Assembly: GCA_964636685.1 (NCBI GenBank) | Contig: CAZWUK010000001.1 | Coordinates: 36,053 to 100,052 of the forward strand | Source: an uncultured Oscillospiraceae bacterium | Lineage (GTDB): Bacteria; Bacillota; Clostridia; Christensenellales; CAG-138 | Direction of reading: 5' to 3' | Length of the DNA stretch: 64,000 bases | Part shown: piece after piece, positions 37,919 to 44,965 of the stretch | Numbering within the stretch: the first letter of the stretch is position 1 | Layout of the letters: every line of letters starts with the position of its first letter | The notes under the pieces: model-generated | The model's input: the letters and a program-made list of their open reading frames with translations, nothing else | What the model was told of the DNA's origin: nothing | Databases searched by the model: none | Made by a program: the position numbers and the translations under genes

Positions 37919-38695
37919 CTATTTGGCAAGAATCGCGTGATCCAACGCATGGCTGCATGGGCAGTCGCGTTCCTCGGGCAGATCCCGTATTGCCAGGGAA
38001 ATGATGTCGGCAAAATCACGTACGCCCTGCTTCAGATGCGTTTGGAAGACGTCCGATTGGATCGGTTTTCCGATGCAGTCCGTCGGCATGCAGATGTGGG
38101 CATAGCACAGAGCGGCTTCTCTTGCCAGCACCGCTTCGGGCATGATCGTCATGCCGACAAGATCGGCGCCCCAGCCCTGAAACATCTTCTGCTCGGCGGG
38201 CGTATTATAGGAAAGCCCTTCTACCACGACAATGACCGCCTCGTCATGCGTCGTGCCCCGATGCACCTTGTGCGACGCGCGAATCAAGGCCTGCCGGATC
38301 TCCGGGCAAAACGCGGGCGCCATATCCACATGGTAGGCCACCGGGATATCATCATAAAAGGATCTCGGAGACCGGTTCGTAAAATTGATGTAATCGTTTG
38401 GAATGACCATATCGCCTACGGCAATCTTTGGATTGATGGAACCTACGCTGTTGGTCGCGATGATCTGCTCCACGCCGAGTTCCTTAAATGCCCAAATGTT
38501 GGCGCGATAGGGGATTCTCGGGACGATCACCTTATGATTCGGTCCATGCCGCGGCAAAAAATAGACGGGCCGTCCGTCGATCTTTCCTTCGAAGATCTCC
38601 GTTGACCTGCCGTACTTGTTGTCGTGAATGAACATATGCGGTTGTTCAAGCATTTCGTACATACCGCTTCCGCCGATGATTCCGATTGGCTTCAT
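37919..38695 (-). CDS. MTAP-family purine nucleoside phosphorylase, paralog 2
   Basis: 258 aa, colinear with paralog 1 (roughly 55-60% identity by eye). Same motifs and the same C-terminal DCPCSHALDHAIL. Confidence 0.85.
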   Translation of the reverse strand: MKPIGIIGGSGMYEMLEQPHMFIHDNKYGRSTEIFEGKIDGRPVYFLPRHGPNHKVIVPRIPYRANIWAFKELGVEQIIATNSVGSINPKIAVGDMVIPNDYINFTNRSPRSFYDDIPVAYHVDMAPAFCPEIRQALIRASHKVHRGTTHDEAVIVVVEGLSYNTPAEQKMFQGWGADLVGMTIMPEAVLAREAALCYAHICMPTDCIGKPIQSDVFQTHLKQGVRDFADIISLAIRDLPEERDCPCSHALDHAILAK

Positions 38696-38710
38696 GTCAG
38701 TGCTCCTCGC

Positions 38711-38724
38711 TGTAATCGTTTACA
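38711..38724. promoter_or_regulatory. cre-like / LacI-family operator palindrome TGTAAACGATTACA overlapping the predicted transcription start of the nucleoside operon
   Basis: On the minus strand it reads TGTAAACGATTACA, which fits TGWAANCGNTNWCA at every constrained position. It lies 3 nt downstream of the -10 hexamer at 38727-38732. Confidence 0.6.
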
Positions 38725-38726
38725 AC

Positions 38727-38755
38727 ATCCTATCGCACTTTTCCCGGTTTGACAA
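38727..38755 (-). promoter_or_regulatory. Candidate promoter of the MTAP2-lacI-MTAP1-HAD-BMP-ABC operon (TTGTCA-17-TAGGAT)
   Basis: Reverse complement of 38750-38755 and 38727-38732; 17-nt spacing. Confidence 0.45.
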
Positions 38756-38970
38756 GCTGAATTTTCTTCAATTCTCACAAATTTTAATGAGATTTGACAT
38801 TTTTTTAGTCCTTTTCTTCCCCATTTCTTCTTTTTTCAAGCAGTAAACGTTTTCAGTATAAATCCGCCAAATTAAATGAAATTGATACAAAATAGACTTG
38901 TTTTTATAGAATATCCGCCGCTTTTCCGCCATTGCCGAACAGCCTTGCACCGTCTTCGCGCAAAGCGCAT

Positions 38971-38991
38971 AAAAAAAGAGGCCGAAGCCTC
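38971..38991 (-). terminator. Intrinsic terminator after the 77-aa ORF
   Basis: GAGGC-ttcg-GCCTC followed by TTTTTTT on the minus strand, 20 nt after the stop codon. Confidence 0.7.
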
Positions 38992-39010
38992 CGAAAGCCA
39001 GCGCTCTACG

Positions 39011-39244
39011 CTATCTCTTTTTTAAAACCCGCAGCAGCTTTTCTCTTGCCGCATCCGCTTCCTCGTCTGTGATTCTCTGCCCACAAACATAATCCGCAGC
39101 GTCACGCCATTCCCGTGCCGAAAAACGATCCGCAGGTATTTGTTCTATCAAACCCGCAACACGGGCTTGCTCCTCGCAGTTCCTCAGGTCTGAAAGATAG
39201 GTATATTTCATTCCGCTTTGCAGCAATTCCAGAAGTGATCTCAT
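39011..39244 (-). CDS. Hypothetical small protein (77 aa) downstream of the serine recombinase
   Basis: MRSLLELLQSGMKYTYLSDLRN... The start was re-picked at the second ATG because GAGGGGG lies 5 nt upstream of it. The first ATG (39265) directly abuts the inverted repeat and has no SD. Confidence 0.5.
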   Translation of the reverse strand: MRSLLELLQSGMKYTYLSDLRNCEEQARVAGLIEQIPADRFSAREWRDAADYVCGQRITDEEADAAREKLLRVLKKR

Positions 39245-39265
39245 TGCCGCCCCCTCATCTGGCAT

Positions 39266-39386
39266 ATAATGTAGACTTTACCAGCCACATCTCGTATAAT
39301 GCAATTGTATCGATTTATGTAGAATTGCTTGGCGTGAATTGGCGTTTTTTGAGTTGTCAAACAGTGGACGATAAAGTCTACATTAT
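39266..39386. repeat. Perfect 15-bp inverted repeat pair (39266-39280 ATAATGTAGACTTTA; 39372-39386 TAAAGTCTACATTAT) flanking a 91-bp AT-rich segment
   Basis: Direct reading of both strands; the arms are exact reverse complements. The right arm overlaps the recombinase stop codon (39383-39385) and the left arm abuts the small ORF. Confidence 0.9.
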
Positions 39387-40009
39387 TTATCACAATTCTG
39401 ATTAAAATCCGTACTGTTTTTTAATTTGCACCATCGAAGAAACGTGTCATGCGTCACAGCGAGCTGCTTTGCCGCACTGCGCGCCGAAATTTTTCCTGCG
39501 CTCCACAACGGATACAGCTCCCGAAATTGCGGCGGAATCGCCTTGGTCGGCGCGCCGAACCGCACACCGCGCAGCTTTGCCGCGGCAATGCCCTCCGCCT
39601 GTCGCTTTTTGATATTGCGACGCTCTGTTTCCGCAACATAGCTCAATATCTGCAATACAAGATCCGATATGAACATTCCGGTCAGATCTTCGTCTTTTTT
39701 GGCTCGCGTATCCAGCAGCGGCATATCCAAAACCACGATATTGGCCTTCTTTTCCTTTGTAATGATCCGCCATTGCTCCAATATCTCCGAATAATTGCGG
39801 CCATGCCGGTCGATGGCATGCACCACCACGGTGTCGTTCCGCCGAAGCCGCAGCAGCATGGCGATGTAGGCGGGACGGTCAAAATTTTTCCCGCTCATCT
39901 TATCCAGATAGATCCGATCCATCTTTTCCTCGAATCGCGCCAATGCGATTTGCTGCCGCTGTTCGTTTTGATCGCGTGAAGAAACGCGCATATATCCATA
40001 GCACGCCAT
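39383..40009 (-). CDS. Serine recombinase (resolvase/invertase family, small type with C-terminal HTH)
   Basis: MACYGYMRVSSRDQNEQRQ catalytic-Ser motif, VVVHAIDRHGRN, AETERRNIKKRQAEGI, and a C-terminal HTH (ISARSAAKQLAVTHDTFLRW). GGAGGA lies 4 nt upstream of the ATG at 40009. Confidence 0.9.
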   Translation of the reverse strand: MACYGYMRVSSRDQNEQRQQIALARFEEKMDRIYLDKMSGKNFDRPAYIAMLLRLRRNDTVVVHAIDRHGRNYSEILEQWRIITKEKKANIVVLDMPLLDTRAKKDEDLTGMFISDLVLQILSYVAETERRNIKKRQAEGIAAAKLRGVRFGAPTKAIPPQFRELYPLWSAGKISARSAAKQLAVTHDTFLRWCKLKNSTDFNQNCDK

Positions 40010-40101
40010 AAGCTCCTCCAATCGTTTTTCCCTCATTGTAAGAACAAACGGGCAGCGAGCGCCAATGGTAAATCCTGGAATTTAGATTCCAAATATTTAT
40101 C

Positions 40102-40130
40102 TTGAAATCATAACTGTTTTATATTAAAAT
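40102..40130 (+). promoter_or_regulatory. Candidate promoter of the FabT-like marR-degV operon (TTGAAA-17-TAAAAT)
   Basis: Hexamers at 40102-40107 and 40125-40130 with 17-nt spacing. The palindrome TGGAAT-ttag-ATTCCA lies just upstream at 40074-40089. Confidence 0.5.
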
Positions 40131-40160
40131 AATTTAAGCTTAAAACAACGGAGGCATTTT

Positions 40161-40616
40161 ATGACCGAACGGCAGCGCAGCGAACTGAACTTATTCTTTG
40201 TGGATACCTTTAACAACATCCTCTGTTGGGAGGAACGCGCGCTTTCTGCGGCAGGCATCAAGGATCTGTCCGTGCGGGAGGTACACACGATTGAGGCTGT
40301 GGTGAAGCTTTGGCGTGAATCTCGAAACACCATGTCGCATATCGCCACAGCTCTCGGCATTTCCGTAGGCGCGCTGACCACTGCCGTCAACACCCTCATT
40401 CGCAAGGGCTACCTCGTCCGCGCCTCGTGTCCGAACGATCGCCGGATCGTGTTGGTCGAACCAACGCAGGCGGGTATTGCCGCGGACGACAAGCACAGCC
40501 GCTACCATGCCGCCATGATCGAAGGCGTTGGAAAGACCGTATCCGGCGAAGACTTGGATACGCTCCTGCAATCTTTGGAACAACTCGCCGGTTTTTTCCG
40601 GCAATCCGCGACTTAA
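40161..40616 (+). CDS. MarR-family transcriptional regulator, FabT-like
   Basis: 151 aa, colinear with streptococcal FabT as I recall it: FNNIL..EE......KDLSV.E.HTI; LTTAVN.L.RKGY..R....DRR.V....T..G; H...H..M. Confidence 0.65.
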   Translation: MTERQRSELNLFFVDTFNNILCWEERALSAAGIKDLSVREVHTIEAVVKLWRESRNTMSHIATALGISVGALTTAVNTLIRKGYLVRASCPNDRRIVLVEPTQAGIAADDKHSRYHAAMIEGVGKTVSGEDLDTLLQSLEQLAGFFRQSAT

Positions 40617-40634
40617 CCTGAAAGGAACAACGCA

Positions 40635-41456
40635 ATGACGCACATTATAACCGACAGCACAAGCGACCTGACACTATCGCAAGCAGAGGCTTTGGGCGTA
40701 ACCATGGTATCGCTCAAGGTCGTATTTCCGGACGGCGAATACGAAGACAAGCGAGAGCTGACAAACGAACAGTTCTATGAAAAGCTGAAGCGCTCTCCCA
40801 CGCTTCCAACAACCTCGCTGGTCAACACGGCACGATTTTTGGATCTGTTCAACGAGCATCCGAACGAAGATCTGCTCGTCGTCACGATCTCCTCGGCGCT
40901 TTCCGGAACGTACCAGTCCGCTGTGCTTGCAAAAGAGCAGCTGCAGCGGGAAAACATCTATATTGTGGACTCCCGCTCCGTATCCATCGGTCTTGCATTG
41001 CTGGTTGAAGAGGCCGTGCGCGCAAGAGATGCGGGAATTCCGGCAAGTCAAATCCAAAAGATGCTGGAAGCATCCGCGCTGCGCCTGAGAATTATGGGAA
41101 TCGTTGACACGCTGGACTATCTGGTCAAGGGCGGCCGTCTCTCCGGCTTTCAGGGCCGAGTTGGCAGTCTGCTCGGCATCAAACCGATCATTTCTGTCAA
41201 TGACGGCGTCGTCAAAAATATCGCAAAGGCAAAGGGCGCCAACGCGGCGATCAAGCAGGTGGCAGACTATATGCAAACCAGTTCCAATATCGATCCCGCC
41301 CGTCCGATTCGTTACGCCCACGCGTGCAATGAAACCGGCGTGGCGCTGTTGATGCAAAAAACGGGGTTTGGCGCACAGCCGGTTTCCGTTCTCGGAAGCG
41401 TCGTCGGTACGCATAGCGGCCCCGGTGTTGTTGCCATCGCCTACTTTGAAAAATAG
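40635..41456 (+). CDS. DegV-family fatty-acid-binding protein (FakB-like)
   Basis: 273 aa with IITDSTSDL N-terminus, ISSALSGTYQSA motif and C-terminal HSGPGVVAIAY. Confidence 0.9.
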   Translation: MTHIITDSTSDLTLSQAEALGVTMVSLKVVFPDGEYEDKRELTNEQFYEKLKRSPTLPTTSLVNTARFLDLFNEHPNEDLLVVTISSALSGTYQSAVLAKEQLQRENIYIVDSRSVSIGLALLVEEAVRARDAGIPASQIQKMLEASALRLRIMGIVDTLDYLVKGGRLSGFQGRVGSLLGIKPIISVNDGVVKNIAKAKGANAAIKQVADYMQTSSNIDPARPIRYAHACNETGVALLMQKTGFGAQPVSVLGSVVGTHSGPGVVAIAYFEK

Positions 41457-41468
41457 CTTGTGATATAC

Positions 41469-41517
41469 AAAACCGCCCGCAGGCTTTTGCCCCGCGCGGC
41501 GGTTTGTTTTTTTGTTG
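41469..41517. terminator. Terminator between convergent degV and the RCC1-repeat gene
   Basis: AAACCGCC-...-GGCGGTTT followed by GTTTTTTTGTTGGTTTTTT. Confidence 0.7.
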
Positions 41518-41522
41518 GTTTT

Positions 41523-42734
41523 TTACCAGAGATCCCAACCGGAAACGCCGCATTGTCCGTAAGCGTCCTGTCCGACGGCAACCACTGTGCCGTCAGCGCG
41601 CAGTCCCACGGTATGGGTGATCCCGCACGCAACGGCGACGATCTCCGTCCAGCCCGAAACCTCGCATTTTCCACCGGTCGCGTCCCCGCAGGCAACGCAC
41701 GTTCCGTCCGCTCTTAAACCCACGGTATGCGTCATCTCCGTATCGACCGATACGACGTCCGTCCATGCGGCTGTATCAAGCTGTCCATCGTCGTTCTCGC
41801 CCACGGCAAGCACGCCGCCGTCCGTCGTGACCGCCACCGTATGGGTATAGCCTGCCGCAGCCGTGACAATCGCGTTCCACCCGGCAGGTTTTTTTTGATT
41901 GTGTGCGTAGCGGCCGCAGATACGCACCGTCCCGCCCGCTGTTACGCCCACCGTATGATACTGTCCGCAGGACACGGAAGCAATATCGCGCCAGGCGCGC
42001 ACATCCAGCTGATTGGAGCGGTTATCGCCGCAGCCTACAACGCGGCCCTCCGCCGTCACGCCGACTGTATGCGCGCCGCCTGCCGCAATGGCGACAATAT
42101 TCTCCCAATCGGATACGTTGCATTGTCCGTAAAGATTATCGCCGGTCGCCACACACGTGCCGTCTTTGCGCAGTCCCACGGTATGCCCGCCGCCTGCCGC
42201 GACCGCAACAATGTCCGTCCAGCCGGATACATCGCATCTGCCGTCGTCGTTTTTCCCGACAGCGCGCACGGTTCCGTCTGTCATCACCGCTGCGGTATGC
42301 CTAGCGCCGGCCGCAATCCGAGTACCCACATAGGCGCGGCAGGCCACGTTGCCAAGCATTGTCTGCGCCGGAAGCCACGGTGCGAATCCGTTCACCTGCG
42401 CGGACAAGCGCAGCCGTCGCGCATCGCTGTCAAGATATCCGGCAAGCGCCGCGTACGCATTTCCGGCGCCGTCGATGTCCCCTGCTTGTTCCAGTGTCAC
42501 CGCCGCTTCATACGCCAGATACCGTTCGTCAACAGGTGTTGCCGTGGGCAATGCGTCCGTTGGGGATGCGGTCAACTCTGCCTGCGGCTGCGTTTGCTCC
42601 GGGGCAGTGCTTTTCTTGCATCCGCCCGCAAGCAACACTGCAACCACAGCGACTGCTGCCAGAGTTGCACACAACCAAATGGTATGCTGCATCCCGTATT
42701 CTGTCCAATTGCATTGCACTTGTTCTTCTGTCAT
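41523..42734 (-). CDS. RCC1-repeat (beta-propeller) lipoprotein
   Basis: 403 aa from MTEEQ (AAGGA 7 nt upstream, 10 nt after the upstream stop). It has signal/lipobox VLLAGGC and about 7 tandem ~37-aa repeats of the form G..HTVG...DG.V.A.G.N..GQC.VS.W..IVA.A. Confidence 0.85.
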   Translation of the reverse strand: MTEEQVQCNWTEYGMQHTIWLCATLAAVAVVAVLLAGGCKKSTAPEQTQPQAELTASPTDALPTATPVDERYLAYEAAVTLEQAGDIDGAGNAYAALAGYLDSDARRLRLSAQVNGFAPWLPAQTMLGNVACRAYVGTRIAAGARHTAAVMTDGTVRAVGKNDDGRCDVSGWTDIVAVAAGGGHTVGLRKDGTCVATGDNLYGQCNVSDWENIVAIAAGGAHTVGVTAEGRVVGCGDNRSNQLDVRAWRDIASVSCGQYHTVGVTAGGTVRICGRYAHNQKKPAGWNAIVTAAAGYTHTVAVTTDGGVLAVGENDDGQLDTAAWTDVVSVDTEMTHTVGLRADGTCVACGDATGGKCEVSGWTEIVAVACGITHTVGLRADGTVVAVGQDAYGQCGVSGWDLW

Positions 42735-42744
42735 CAATTTTTCC

Positions 42745-43236
42745 TTATCCCGCGATCTCATATATGTTGATTCCGTTTTGCTCTGTCGTAATAAACACCG
42801 TTTGTTCCTCCGCCGCAATCTGAAAAACGCCGTCCTCCCGATCCGGGAACCGAAAATCATAGCCTAAGTGTTCCGGGTAGCCCGTCACCGCGCACACGAT
42901 CCGTCCGTCTTGGACAAACACCAGTTGCAGCATACCCTCGCTCACGGTCTGCGGCAGTCTTGCCGATGAAACGCCCATGTACGAAGCCATGTGCTGCCGA
43001 TCCATGTACGGGGCAAAGGCATATGCGCTCTCCCACGAAAAATCCGTCAGCGTATTGAGCGTCACGGTTTCCTGCGTCTGCCGTGCGGCGGCGGCTTTGG
43101 AAAACGACCGCGCGTGGATCGACGCGGCGGAAAAAGGCCCGAGCAGCAGCCACGATACGCAGAGCAGCACAAATGCCGCGCCCGCGATCACAAGCGCCGC
43201 CCGTGTCTGTTCCGTCAGTCGAAAAAACAACTTCAT
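42745..43236 (-). CDS. Membrane-anchored hypothetical protein co-transcribed with the RCC1-repeat lipoprotein
   Basis: About 163 aa from MKLFFRL with an N-terminal TM (ALVIAGAAFVLLCVSWLLLGPF). The track start at 43254 is TTG. Confidence 0.5.
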   Translation of the reverse strand: MKLFFRLTEQTRAALVIAGAAFVLLCVSWLLLGPFSAASIHARSFSKAAAARQTQETVTLNTLTDFSWESAYAFAPYMDRQHMASYMGVSSARLPQTVSEGMLQLVFVQDGRIVCAVTGYPEHLGYDFRFPDREDGVFQIAAEEQTVFITTEQNGINIYEIAG

Positions 43237-43413
43237 GCCGCAAGTATCCCGCAAAAATCAAATTCCGATGCAGCAGCATCGTGGGTGCATTATATCACGC
43301 CTGCCCCCGCTTCGCGTGCTTATGGAGAAACGTTTTCAATTTCTTTCCTTTCCGCGGATCTCCAAAGCAAAAAGTGTGCTACAATGCAGACAATACTTCA
43401 CTGGGAGGCAACT

Positions 43414-44388
43414 ATGGAGCAGCTACGTCTTGGCATACTGGGTTATGCGGACATTGTCAGGCGCCGCATTTTACCGGCGCTGTCCGAAACAAAGCAAATC
43501 GTTCTTTCGGGCATCGCAACCCGGCGCGATCCGGAGGAATATCCCAAATTAGACTCCTTGTCCGAAACGCCGCGCTTCTACCCCGGCTACGAAGCGCTCC
43601 TTGCAGACCCCGCGATCGACGCGGTTTACATTCCCCTCCCCAACAGTCTGCACGCCGAGTGGGCCATCCGCGCCATGGAAGCCGGAAAGCATGTGCTGTG
43701 CGAGAAACCGATGGCGCTGAGTCTTGCTGAAACAAAGCATCTGTTCGCCGTGGCAGACGCCAACCGTGTACAGCTGTGCGAAGCGTTTGCCTGCATGCAG
43801 TCACCGCTGTTTCCCGTATTGCGCGATATGATTACGCAGGACTACGTCGGTGATCTCACCGTAATGAACGCCTTTTTTCACTATTATAAACCCGGCTGGG
43901 AAAATTCGATCGTGGCAAAGCCGGAGCTGGGCGGCGGCGCGTTCAACGACGTAGGCTGCTACCATGTGCTGACGTTTTGCGAGCTGCTGGAGCGCGCGCC
44001 ATCGGATGCGTACGGCGTATTTGAGATCGGCAAGACAGGCGTCGATGAATTGGTCATTGCCACGCTTGATTTTGACGGCCCGGTCGGCGTGCTGCAAAGC
44101 AGTATCCGTTCCATCCGCAACACCGGCATTACGCTGCTCGGCAGCAGGGGGTATGTGCATTTTGACCAGACGCCCAACGCCTGGGGTGACATCTCTTTGT
44201 ATTTTACCGGCGAAAAAGGCACGGGCGAGATCAAGCTCCGCGTACCAAATAACTACGCCGCAGAACTGGACGCGTTTTCGCGTACCGTCACAGAAAATGC
44301 GCCCTTTGCCATGTCGCGTGAAAAATCACTGCGAAACGCTGCCGCCATGGAACTCATCCGCGGCAGTCTCGTGTTGAAAACCGAGTAA
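43414..44388 (+). CDS. Gfo/Idh/MocA-family oxidoreductase
   Basis: MEQLRLGILGYADIVRRRILPAL Rossmann N-terminus and the EKP motif (VLCEKPMAL). The track ORF from 42991 is over-extended. Confidence 0.85.
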   Translation: MEQLRLGILGYADIVRRRILPALSETKQIVLSGIATRRDPEEYPKLDSLSETPRFYPGYEALLADPAIDAVYIPLPNSLHAEWAIRAMEAGKHVLCEKPMALSLAETKHLFAVADANRVQLCEAFACMQSPLFPVLRDMITQDYVGDLTVMNAFFHYYKPGWENSIVAKPELGGGAFNDVGCYHVLTFCELLERAPSDAYGVFEIGKTGVDELVIATLDFDGPVGVLQSSIRSIRNTGITLLGSRGYVHFDQTPNAWGDISLYFTGEKGTGEIKLRVPNNYAAELDAFSRTVTENAPFAMSREKSLRNAAAMELIRGSLVLKTE

Positions 44389-44403
44389 ATACCCCGCTCG
44401 CTC

Positions 44404-44432
44404 TTGACAGCGCTTCTTAGTTGTTCTATCAT
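44404..44432 (+). promoter_or_regulatory. Promoter of the marR-ABC exporter operon (TTGACA-17-TATCAT), overlapped by an 8-bp inverted repeat AGTTGTTC/GAACAACT (44419-44426 and 44451-44458)
   Basis: Hexamers at 44404-44409 and 44427-44432. The inverted repeat brackets the -10 and start site, consistent with a MarR autoregulatory operator. Confidence 0.6.
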
Positions 44433-44482
44433 CTATTGTATAGTTGATATGAACAACTTTTCGTTTTTTCGGAGGTTATTTC

Positions 44483-44965
44483 ATGGATGTTACAGATCGG
44501 CAAATTACAAAAATCGGGCGGGAAGCACAGCGCTTCTCGTCTAAGGTGCTCAAGGATTCCGGCATCGGCCCCTCGGAATACGAACTGATCCATTGCGTAC
44601 GGCACGCGCCGGGCATCAGTCAGGAGGGCGTGCGCAAGACGCTGGGGCTCGACAAGGCGGCCGTTGCGCGGCGGGCGGCAAATCTGGAGAAAAAAGGATA
44701 TTTGTTCCGCCGCCGTGATCCCAACGACGGCCGCGGCAAGCAGCTCTTTGTCACCGAAAAGACAAACGACCTCAAGCAGTCCAGCGCATCCGTAGAAGGT
44801 TTTTTCTACGAATGGCTGTTTGACGGCGAAGTAACGGAAGCGGAAAAAGCGGTGTTTGTGGACGTGCTGGCGCGGCTGTACCACAAGGCAAAAGCCGAGC
44901 GCCGAACGGGCTTTGTCAACCTGATCGCACTGGAGGAAAAACGGCATGGCGGCTCTGAGACCTGA
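44483..44965 (+). CDS. MarR-family transcriptional regulator
   Basis: 160 aa with a winged-HTH (ISQEGVRKTLGLDKAAVARRAANLEKKGYLFRRRDPNDGRGKQL). Confidence 0.85.
   Translation: MDVTDRQITKIGREAQRFSSKVLKDSGIGPSEYELIHCVRHAPGISQEGVRKTLGLDKAAVARRAANLEKKGYLFRRRDPNDGRGKQLFVTEKTNDLKQSSASVEGFFYEWLFDGEVTEAEKAVFVDVLARLYHKAKAERRTGFVNLIALEEKRHGGSET

Noticed and set aside
38756-40160. Possibility that the recombinase marks a complete transposon, integrative element or prophage.
   Set aside because: Only two small genes are present. I found no terminal inverted repeats, target-site duplication, transposase, integrase or phage genes, and housekeeping operons abut both sides.
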